Assembly (NCBI GenBank): GCA_964494205.1
Contig: CAZBRD010000004.1
Location: 164,170-228,169, forward strand
Reading direction: 5' to 3'
From: an uncultured Phycisphaeraceae bacterium
GTDB taxonomy: Bacteria > Planctomycetota > Phycisphaerae > UBA1845
DNA: 64,000 nt
Positions 37,464 through 45,816 of this stretch are shown here, one piece after another; positions within the stretch are counted from its first letter, which is position 1; the number at the start of each line of letters is the position of its first letter. The notes beneath the pieces were generated by a model that did no database searches, was not told where the DNA came from, and saw only the letters and a list, made by a program, of their open reading frames with translations. The position numbers and the translations under genes are program-made.

Positions 37464-37880
37464 TGGTCTCCGAACCCGATAACTAAAGTATCGGCTGCCT
37501 GAAAATTAGCAAGCAGTTTACTTTGTCGGAAGATTGTCCCATGGCGACCGTTTTCCGGGATTAGGTTAACTGTAAGTACCTTTATCGTTTTAAGTTACGA
37601 AATTGCTTCGAAACGTCGCGGCACGGGGATTACGCGACAAAAATCGACCCTGTCCGCACAAATTTACTCTCCGTTCAGGGTCACCAACTGGGACCGTACC
37701 CGCTCATTGGACCCGAATACTACGTACACGTCGGGGGCAGGGTTGGATGCATTCATGACATATTCAATGGGTCTTGGTTTGGCAGATTTGTTGATGACAC
37801 CTCTGATTCATCGGAGATTGAATCAAGAAGCGCAGCATCTGCGCTGTGACCGGTCTTTTCGATTGGACTTAGGTTCTAGG

Positions 37881-38279
37881 TTAGGCTGTGGTCGTTGTCA
37901 GAAGCTTGTTGATGGAATCCACCAGACGGTCCATCCGGAATGGTTTGTTGAGGTAACCGTCCACGCCAAGGCTCTCAGCCCAAAGTTGGTGACGCTTTCC
38001 CTCATTGCCCGTAATCATGATCACGAACGGCTTTTGACCCTTTTTCTTGGATGGACCCTTTAGTTTTTCAAGCACCAGGAAGCCGCTTCGCTTGGGGAGC
38101 ATCGCGTCGAGAACTACCAAGTCGGGGTCGTGTTCCGCAGCTGCTTCGATCGCCGCGTTGCCGTCTGAGGCCGTCGTAAGAGTCGCGCCCGAATCGTTCA
38201 GCACCGCCATCAGCGCGGTGACCATGTCTGGATCATCTTCCACAATGAGTATTGTCTTGCCGTCTAGCTGACCCGCCAC
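37881..38279 (-). CDS. Single-domain response regulator (CheY-like receiver)
   Basis: ILIVEDDPD...DLVVLDAMLPKRSG...VIMITG...YLNKPF. Confidence 0.88.
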   Translation of the reverse strand: MAGQLDGKTILIVEDDPDMVTALMAVLNDSGATLTTASDGNAAIEAAAEHDPDLVVLDAMLPKRSGFLVLEKLKGPSKKKGQKPFVIMITGNEGKRHQLWAESLGVDGYLNKPFRMDRLVDSINKLLTTTTA

Positions 38280-38538
38280 GTTCGTAGCCTCCGAGTTTTC
38301 AGGTTTGAAATTGGTTTAAGGGTGTCGTGAAGGGGCCCCGACCTCTTCATGCAAACCGTGTGACCCTTCCAACAGTATAGTACTCGAAATTATGAGGAGC
38401 AAGGAAAGCTGCCTCGTTCGCCGTTTGATCGATAGTCCGGCACAACTCAACCCAAAAGTAACCAATCAAATGCTTGTGGCGGATACGCTCCTTCAGGTGT
38501 TTTCGCTCCCGAAAAGTCGTTCAAGCTGTCCGCGAAGT

Positions 38539-41385
38539 CTATGAATTCGCTGCTGGCAAAATCGCGCGACGAAACGCAACCTTGGCCGACGTCAGCAGCA
38601 GCAACCCCAAGATGACGATGCCCCATTCGCTGATGGTCGGAATTGCGCCGGCTGAATCGCAATCATCAGGAGTACCGTTGCCGTTGGCGTCGACTAGGTC
38701 GTCGCCACCCGGGCAAACGTCGTAGCAATTCGCAACTGTATCGCCATCAGTGTCGACATCCGACACACCGCAACCACAGACGCCCGGCTGGATCTTGTTC
38801 GCATCGTTCGGGCAGCCGTCGTTGCAATTCGGCGTGCCGTCGAAGTCATTGTCAGTGTCGGCGACTCCGCAACCGCAAGCCCCAATAGTCAACTTAGCTG
38901 GATCATTCGGGCATCCGTCGCAGACGTCCGGAAGTGCATCACCATCGGCGTTCGGCTCGCAGTCGTCAGGTACCCGATTGAAGTTGCAGTCGTTCGGCGC
39001 GGGGCCGAGGATCTCGCGAACCAACACGTCGTCGATCGCAATGCTGTCGCCGTTCTCGCCAAAATAACGGAATGCGACTCGGAAGCTGCCGCCGGACAGC
39101 AGCGGCGTCAGGTCCCACGTACCCTCGTTCCAGTCGTACGGATCAACTGCCGTTGACCAGACTTCGCGAAGGCTGCCGACAAAAATATCGTCCCCGCCGC
39201 CTAGAGCACCGATCACCAGCAGAATCTCCACGTCAATCGCGTCGCAGAATGCCCCGGAACAACCGTCTGTCCAAAGCGTGAGTGACGCGACACTCGTATT
39301 GATAACCGGCGAAATCAGGTAATCGTCGCAGTTTCCGAAGTTAGCCCAGTGCACAGCCGAAGGCGCCGCGTTTTGTCCGTCAAAAATGTCCGCAGACCAC
39401 CCAGCGAAATCGCAGGAACCGACCGTCACGTGCTCCCACCCGGCAGGAGGAAAGTTGTCCGAACTGATGGTGTCAAAGGTCTCGTCGAGGAATACGTTGG
39501 CGACAATGTCGCCGAGCTGACACTCGTCCGGAACGGTGTCCGGCTGGCAGTCGTTGCTTTCACCACCGGCGATTTCGCATTCGTCAGGAACGCCGTTGCC
39601 CTGGCAGTCCGAACTGACCGCTCCATTGCCGTCCGGATCGCCCGGATTCAGATCGCATTCGTCGGGAAAATCGTTTTCGTTGCAGTCCGGAAACTCGCAG
39701 TGGTCCGGCGTGCCGTTCGCGTTGCAGTCGGTCGCCACGACCCCGTCACCGTCCGGATCTGTAGGATTTAGGTCGCAGTCATCCGGAACGCCGTCAAAGT
39801 CGCAGTCTATTTCTGGCCAGCATTCATCCGGAAGGCCATTGCCGTTGCAGTCCGCGCTAACTGACCCGTTGCCGTCCGGGTCTGCCGGGTTGACGTCGCA
39901 GTCATCCGGAACATTATTGAAGTTGCAGTCTGCCTCGCACTCATCTGGAGTGCTGTTGTTGTTGCAGTCGGTGCTGACCTCGCCGTTGCCGTCTGGATCG
40001 GCGGCATCGATGTCGCAGCCGTCGGGGACGTTATTCAAGTTGCAGTCCGGCTCTTCAAAGTCATCGGCAATTCCGTTGTTGTTGCAGTCGGCATCACACG
40101 CCGGGAAGAACGCGGGCGTCGTCGGAGGACCGGTCCAAACCTGCTTGAAATTGCTCCAGTCTGCGCAATCGACGTCACCATCGCCATCGCAATCCGCTCG
40201 GTCACACGTCAAAGGGTTGAACGCGGAGTAGCAAGCGTGCCACGCCGTTTCATCGTTGGCATCGTTGTCGCTATCGCCATCGAAATCACCACAAGGATGC
40301 AACGAAACAACCCAGGCTATGGTGTTGAAGGACGGGTCTACCCCTTGCCCGACAATCGTCTGACCGTCTGGCGTAATTCCTAGCGCCGTGACGAGTTGAT
40401 ATCCGCTAAGGCCCGACAATCCAGCGTCTAGAAGCACTTGCTTCAGCGACCGCATGCCTTCTGTCTCGGTCCAAATGAATGCTTCCAGCGAGCCAAACGG
40501 ACCAAACGTCCCGCTCACACCGACCACGATGCCGTTGTCCGACACGGCGTTTCCCAAGCTTCGTTCATCCCATGGGTTGATGGTGCCAAGATACGTCACC
40601 ATGTCGCCCGTCGTCTGATACCGGAAAGCCCGCTCCGAGAATTCAAGTGGCGGAATAGCTGCGCCCACAATCACCGAACCATCCGTCGTCGATGCCGTAG
40701 CCTCACCACAGGTCTCCGCGCCCAGGAACAACTCAGGGACATTCGGCGCTTGCCACTTCACCGGACGCCGGCACCCATTGATGGGGTGCTCATAAAATCC
40801 GAAGATGGCCGAACCGTCGCGCGCAATCGCTGAGGCGCGGCTGCTGAAGCCGCCACCCGGACCACCCAACGAAACAACCCCGCCTCCAGCAGTCCACTCA
40901 AAGCCGGACGCAATGCATCCGTCCCACGACAGTCCGACAACCTTCGAGCAGTCTCCGGAAATGTCCCAAGCCGTCGCAAGCGAGGTGTCACAACCAGTCG
41001 CGCCCGCTACGCCACCGAGATAGGTGATCGTACCGGTTCCGGTGTCTACCAGGATCGGCTCCGCCAACCCCGAGCCGGGATTGATGGCCGCGGACACGAC
41101 CGTCGACGCATCATCACAGACACCTGCTGTAAAGGTATTGAACCAATCCGGTGAAGTAAGAAGCTGCGTTCCCGTGGCTGCTGACCAAATCCACAACGAG
41201 CCATTAGATGTGCCAACGACATGCTGGCCATCGGGAGTGACGTCAAAGGCCGCCACGGCAGCCACGTCTAGATCGGGAATCACAGTGAACGACTCCGCCA
41301 TAGTAACCATTGGCAGAACGAACATTAGCCCTGTCACAATTGAAACGTTTACCCAAGCTCGCATTTCTTCTGGCCCCTGAACCAC
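38539..41385 (-). CDS. Giant secreted surface protein: HAF-type repeats, dockerin-like module, CNxNGxPDxC repeats, thrombospondin-type-3-like Asp/Cys repeats, IPTL-type C-terminal sorting signal
   Basis: Signal MRAWVNVSIVTGLMFVLPMVTMA (alternative start 41364). HAF-like units (DGSVIVGAAI..AFRY, DNGIVVGVSG...AFIWTETEGM). About 4 repeats of DCNxNGxPDECE..DPDGNG. DTDNDFDGTPNCNDGCPND-type repeats. C-terminus AIPTISEWGIVILGLLLLTSAKVAFRR. Confidence 0.85.
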   Translation of the reverse strand: MVQGPEEMRAWVNVSIVTGLMFVLPMVTMAESFTVIPDLDVAAVAAFDVTPDGQHVVGTSNGSLWIWSAATGTQLLTSPDWFNTFTAGVCDDASTVVSAAINPGSGLAEPILVDTGTGTITYLGGVAGATGCDTSLATAWDISGDCSKVVGLSWDGCIASGFEWTAGGGVVSLGGPGGGFSSRASAIARDGSAIFGFYEHPINGCRRPVKWQAPNVPELFLGAETCGEATASTTDGSVIVGAAIPPLEFSERAFRYQTTGDMVTYLGTINPWDERSLGNAVSDNGIVVGVSGTFGPFGSLEAFIWTETEGMRSLKQVLLDAGLSGLSGYQLVTALGITPDGQTIVGQGVDPSFNTIAWVVSLHPCGDFDGDSDNDANDETAWHACYSAFNPLTCDRADCDGDGDVDCADWSNFKQVWTGPPTTPAFFPACDADCNNNGIADDFEEPDCNLNNVPDGCDIDAADPDGNGEVSTDCNNNSTPDECEADCNFNNVPDDCDVNPADPDGNGSVSADCNGNGLPDECWPEIDCDFDGVPDDCDLNPTDPDGDGVVATDCNANGTPDHCEFPDCNENDFPDECDLNPGDPDGNGAVSSDCQGNGVPDECEIAGGESNDCQPDTVPDECQLGDIVANVFLDETFDTISSDNFPPAGWEHVTVGSCDFAGWSADIFDGQNAAPSAVHWANFGNCDDYLISPVINTSVASLTLWTDGCSGAFCDAIDVEILLVIGALGGGDDIFVGSLREVWSTAVDPYDWNEGTWDLTPLLSGGSFRVAFRYFGENGDSIAIDDVLVREILGPAPNDCNFNRVPDDCEPNADGDALPDVCDGCPNDPAKLTIGACGCGVADTDNDFDGTPNCNDGCPNDANKIQPGVCGCGVSDVDTDGDTVANCYDVCPGGDDLVDANGNGTPDDCDSAGAIPTISEWGIVILGLLLLTSAKVAFRRAILPAANS

Positions 41386-41493
41386 CGATGTATTCCAGTG
41401 TGACTCCTGCTACACGCTCACAGGACAACCGGGCATTCTAATCGGAGCAACACTGATATCAAAACTTCTTCACTTGCGATCTTGCGACAATAG

Positions 41494-42081
41494 CTAAATG
41501 CACTCTTTTGCGAGCACCCTACGGATGGCTACGGGATAGGCCTCGCATTCTGCCTGGAAAACGCGAGCAGCAAGCAAATCGGGCGTATCCCCCGTAAGGA
41601 CCGGAACAATACGTTGCATGATGATGTTCCCTCGGTCGTACTCGTTGTTGCAATAGTGCACCGTGCAACCGGAAGTTGTAGCCCCCGATTTCAAAACGGC
41701 CGCATGTACGTGTTCGCCGTACATGCCTTGTCCGCCGTGCAGCGGGAGCAGTGCAGGGTGAATGTTCAACACACGACCTGCGAACTTCGGCGGTATCCTC
41801 CACAACGAGAGGAAGCCGCACATGCAGACGAGGTCGACCTCGTTCAAGATCGCAGTAATCGCTGCACTGAAGTCGTCGGATGACAGCTTCTTTCGTTCAA
41901 CCACTTCAACTCGAAGACCACGTTCGCGCAATCGTGGCACCCCAGTTGCACTTTCGCGCGAACTAATCACGATCGCGATCTCCGCGTTCAATTCACCTCG
42001 CGTGATGTACTCGTGAATGTTGATCGCAGTTCGGCCACCACCGGAAATCAGCAGGCCGAGTCGTGGTCGCGCCGCGCTCAT
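41494..42081 (-). CDS. purN: Phosphoribosylglycinamide formyltransferase
   Basis: LISGGGRT, NIHPALLP..GG.GMYG..VH and GCTVH motifs. Its start overlaps the MATE gene stop by 4 nt. Confidence 0.9.
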   Translation of the reverse strand: MSAARPRLGLLISGGGRTAINIHEYITRGELNAEIAIVISSRESATGVPRLRERGLRVEVVERKKLSSDDFSAAITAILNEVDLVCMCGFLSLWRIPPKFAGRVLNIHPALLPLHGGQGMYGEHVHAAVLKSGATTSGCTVHYCNNEYDRGNIIMQRIVPVLTGDTPDLLAARVFQAECEAYPVAIRRVLAKECI

Positions 42082-43553
42082 TGCTTCGTGACCTCGGCCG
42101 ATTCAACCATAAATGCGTTGCCGCCCGCGGTCGCCGATACGGGCGATGTTTGACCGAACAGATTGATCCGCGTCCACGCCCTTCCGTGCCAACGGAACCA
42201 AAGAAAGATGCTGACGACAATGATCAGGCTCGACGCCATCGCCCACGGACCGACGCTGCCCCATTGCGGATAGTAAGTCGCAAGCAGCCAACCGCCGCCC
42301 ACGATGATCAGCCAATGTGTGACAATGAAGAAAATGGACGGCACCAGCGTATCGCCCGCGCCGCGAAGCGCACCGCTGTACGTCAACCCGATCGCGTCGA
42401 ACAACTGAAAAATCGCAGAGAAAATCATGATGGCCGCACCGATCTGAATGACTTCGGGATCGTCGCTCATGAAACCGATCAATTGTTTTCTAAACACGAT
42501 CCAGATCACGGCCAGCGTACCCATGTAAGCAAGCGTGAGCATGGTGGCGAAGCGAGTCTCGCGAATGGCTCGGTCGAAATCGCGGGCGCCGATCGACCTC
42601 CCCACCAGCGCCGATACCGCCCTGCCGACTCCTGCGCAAGGCATGAACGCAATTCGCAGATATTGCCAGGCGGCGTTGTTGGCGATCAGGTGCTTTTCAC
42701 CGAAAAAGCGACCGATCAGGACAGTCACGAAGATCGCCCACACCATGACCTCGGCGCAGCCCTGAATGCCGAACGGCGTGCCGACGCGAAATAGCTTGGT
42801 CATGCGCTCTTTTGAAAACGCCAGCGTATTTCGGCTGTCGTATTGCTGATGATAACGGGCCGAGCACATCGTAAGTGCGAGTCGGACGAATCGATAACTC
42901 ACCGCAATAAGAGTAGCTGTGATGGCACCGGCAATTCCCATCGCCGGAAAACCGAACTTTCCATAGATCAACACCCACGCCACAGCCACGTTGATGACGT
43001 TTGATTCCAGCGCGGTCCACATTCCGATCGCAGGTTTGTGGATGCCCGTGAAGAACCCGACCAAACCCTCGGCTGCGATCGTGGGAAACACGGTTAGGAT
43101 CGCGATGCGCAGGTACGACACTTCCAGCGCCTGCACTTCAGGACTATGCCCGATTTTCGCGACAAGCTGAGGGAGAAACGGAATAAACAACAGTGCAATC
43201 GCGCCGAACACGGCGGCCACGTACACCGATTGCCACGCGTACGCGCTGCACTCGCGGTGGTCCTTTCGACCAAGCGCCTGCGCGACAAACGTGTTAACCA
43301 TCATCGCTATGCAGAACCCCACGACCATGTACGACCACATGATCATTTGAGCGGGCAGGATGGCAGCCAGGACCGATCCCGAATCGAGATACTTGAGCAT
43401 TACGAAGTCGGCTACGTCCATGAACCCGCGCGAGCTGGTGATGATGACTGTGGGAAGCGTCTGCGCGATGATGGCGCGCAACTCCTCCCGACGACGTTTC
43501 TTCTCGTCCAGTTCAAGACCCAATGGCGCAAGCTCAATCATGTCCGAAAGCAA
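42078..43553 (-). CDS. MATE-family (MOP superfamily) transporter
   Basis: 491 aa with ~12 TM segments and two-fold internal symmetry. MATE-like patterns: SGALRGAGDT and GIAGAITATLIA. Confidence 0.8.
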   Translation of the reverse strand: MLSDMIELAPLGLELDEKKRRREELRAIIAQTLPTVIITSSRGFMDVADFVMLKYLDSGSVLAAILPAQMIMWSYMVVGFCIAMMVNTFVAQALGRKDHRECSAYAWQSVYVAAVFGAIALLFIPFLPQLVAKIGHSPEVQALEVSYLRIAILTVFPTIAAEGLVGFFTGIHKPAIGMWTALESNVINVAVAWVLIYGKFGFPAMGIAGAITATLIAVSYRFVRLALTMCSARYHQQYDSRNTLAFSKERMTKLFRVGTPFGIQGCAEVMVWAIFVTVLIGRFFGEKHLIANNAAWQYLRIAFMPCAGVGRAVSALVGRSIGARDFDRAIRETRFATMLTLAYMGTLAVIWIVFRKQLIGFMSDDPEVIQIGAAIMIFSAIFQLFDAIGLTYSGALRGAGDTLVPSIFFIVTHWLIIVGGGWLLATYYPQWGSVGPWAMASSLIIVVSIFLWFRWHGRAWTRINLFGQTSPVSATAGGNAFMVESAEVTKQ

Positions 43554-43715
43554 ACTCCGCGGGCTTTTTCTAAGGAAAACCCCTGAAGGTAGTTACCCTG
43601 AATCGGCGCGCCCGACAAGCGAGCAAGCACCTTGCACAAGCGTCACGACAAGAATCGACTCAAGATTGATACGGTGTGCGATCAAATGTGGACATGTGAA
43701 CTGCCGCTCGTTCAC

Positions 43716-44435
43716 CTAAGCGGGTCGGGGTGGGTTCGCACCGGCCTTCGCACCCGAATCAGAAGTGGTAAACAGGTTGCGAATTCGTTTAGCTTCACCG
43801 GAAACTACCAACACCATCACCCATACGAAAACCGCGGCGACAAACGAAGCAGTGATCTGGCTGGTCAGTACTTTCTGCAACTCATTCAGAAAATGAAGCC
43901 AGAAAGGTGACGTCACATATTGAGCATACTGCTTTGATTCGGTGACCTTCACAACCGTGAACTCGGTCCTAAGAAAAACATAAATGCGAAACGCGATGAA
44001 GAGGTTGGCCGGTATCAGCGCGAAAAAGCCTAACAGTAGTCGACGCCTCCACAGAATCGGGGTCGCAAGGAAAAGAACCAGCACGAGCGCCGTCGGATAA
44101 TAACCCACGATTTGGCTGCTCGTGCGAATGAAACCATACGAACCGCGTGCATCGCGCGCGCCGAGCACAATCAGCGAGTCAGCTTCTTCGGTGGCTTTGC
44201 GGAGTCGTGCGACTCTCTCAACCGCATCCTGCGGAACGCACCCTGCTTCGGTGTTCTTGGCAGCACAAAACCTGGTGAACCCGTCTTCCCCCATCGATTT
44301 GAAAGTCGAATTAGCCGCTGTACGAAACAGGTTGCCGTAAGACTCATAAACCCGCTTCGGGGGAAGTAGGAAGAAAACAATCGCGAAAAACGCAAACCAG
44401 AGCGTGAACCGAAGTATGAAACTAAGCGGATGCAT
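43716..44435 (-). CDS. Membrane protein coupled to the exosortase (putative exosortase-associated partner)
   Basis: 239-aa ORF whose start overlaps the exosortase gene stop by 14 nt. Four predicted TM segments with a soluble loop between TM1 and TM2. No known motif recognised. Confidence 0.6.
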   Translation of the reverse strand: MHPLSFILRFTLWFAFFAIVFFLLPPKRVYESYGNLFRTAANSTFKSMGEDGFTRFCAAKNTEAGCVPQDAVERVARLRKATEEADSLIVLGARDARGSYGFIRTSSQIVGYYPTALVLVLFLATPILWRRRLLLGFFALIPANLFIAFRIYVFLRTEFTVVKVTESKQYAQYVTSPFWLHFLNELQKVLTSQITASFVAAVFVWVMVLVVSGEAKRIRNLFTTSDSGAKAGANPPRPA

Positions 44436-45042
44436 GCGCCGTTACCCGCCGCAATACTTGTGAAGCCCATGCAAAATAGAAAACAATGGCGAGGAATATA
44501 AAAATGACCTGCCATACTTCCAGGTGCATCGTGTCGAACGCCTTGCGCCAGTGAACGCCGATCCAATACAAACTGACGACACGGACAAAGTTCAAAACAA
44601 TCAGCGAAACCGACCCAGCCAACACTCCGATCACGCGTGCGATAATCGACACCGGCGATGCGAGAACTGCGGCGCAAAACAGCGCGAGCGGCTCCACGGC
44701 ATCGCAACCTCGCGCCACTTCAATCGAAAACTTCGGCGGCTTGTTGCCGGAAATGTGCGTGCCTTTGACCGTCACATCTTCACCGATAAGGTTGAGAATG
44801 ACACCGGCTGCACTACTGTTTGCTTCGAGGAATCTGGGAAAGACGGTTTGCCGCGCGTAGTCGCGCGTAGCAAGAATGTAGAACACTAAGATCCAGAGTC
44901 CGAAAAAGAACAGGAATCGAAAGTATCGATCGTCCTTTAGATGGCGCCACCTGCTGGGCGGCTTGGCCGGATGTCCGGCGTTCGCACCAACAGAGGCAGC
45001 CGGCGATCCGGTCTTCTCAACTCGCTTATTCTTTGATGACAC
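44422..45042 (-). CDS. xrtH: Small exosortase-family protein, XrtH-like (IPTLxxWG-CTERM-specific type)
   Basis: Polytopic, 206 aa. Exosortase/archaeosortase catalytic pattern: Cys in EVARGCDAVEPLALF, Asn/Arg in LIVLNFVRVVSLY, His in DTMHLEVWQVIF. Three proteins with IPTxSxWG C-terminal signals are in the same window. Confidence 0.75.
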   Translation of the reverse strand: MSSKNKRVEKTGSPAASVGANAGHPAKPPSRWRHLKDDRYFRFLFFFGLWILVFYILATRDYARQTVFPRFLEANSSAAGVILNLIGEDVTVKGTHISGNKPPKFSIEVARGCDAVEPLALFCAAVLASPVSIIARVIGVLAGSVSLIVLNFVRVVSLYWIGVHWRKAFDTMHLEVWQVIFIFLAIVFYFAWASQVLRRVTAHASA

Positions 45043-45385
45043 GAATCGCTGCCATCCCGCCCCTTAAGGACACCTGACCCAGAATTCAGAACCCTTCCCC
45101 AACCTGCAAACGCACATGAACAGACGTAGCCTCTAATCTACCAATCCGGATGGGCATCGGAAACAACTACTTCACTCAAATTGTGTGTCGACGGGCGCAA
45201 TCAATGTCGCCTCTAAGGCCTTACATCGCATTAGCTTACGTAGTTGTGCCGATGAGTTTCGGCTTATCGGAAGTTCGCTCTGGGTCAACGCGAAGCTCTG
45301 GACCGGACCTTTATCATGGATGTGGCGGCCACGAAGTGTCTTGCGTTTAGGGCACTTAATATTCAAACGTATAGCGCGCTAAGTG

Positions 45386-45426
45386 TTTCCCCCCTTGGCA
45401 ACGGGGGATTGAAGAGGCGTCTGGCG
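45386..45426. repeat. CCCCCCTTGGCAAGGGGGG-type REP copy
   Basis: tttccccccttggcaacgggggattgaagaggcgtctggc. The second copy at 50907-50950 reads ctccccccttggcaaggggggacaaaggggggtctggc. Confidence 0.7.
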
Positions 45427-45769
45427 ACATACAAAACTGTCAATCGCCCTTGAATCTAGTAGTTCATTCCATTTGCGCTGGCCGATCGGCTGTCAAATTC
45501 ATTCCGCCGCTTGGCCGGTGCGTTTCGTGTTTGCACCTGATTCTTCAAATGCAACTGTCCGCCTATCTCAGCAAAAAACAACGCCGCCCGAGATTCTTTT
45601 GGAATCACGGGCGGCTGTCTTGTGTGGACTCATCTTGCGGAGTCGTGCAGGTAACTACTCCTCGGACACCATCCACAGATGCGCCAGATAGGCGAAGAGG
45701 GTTACGTTGATCTATCCGATTCGGGTCTTTTGCAAAACTCAAACCGGCCTGTCATCTCCGCAATCCCCA

Positions 45770-45800
45770 CCGGGGCAGCCGTCTTTCGACGGCTGCCCGG
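45770..45800 (-). terminator. Terminator-like hairpin after the 45817-48522 gene (no clear T tract)
   Basis: ccgggcagccgtc-gaaa-gacggctgccccgg, 17 nt downstream of the stop on the minus strand. Confidence 0.4.
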
Positions 45801-45816
45801 CAAAGATAATTAACCA

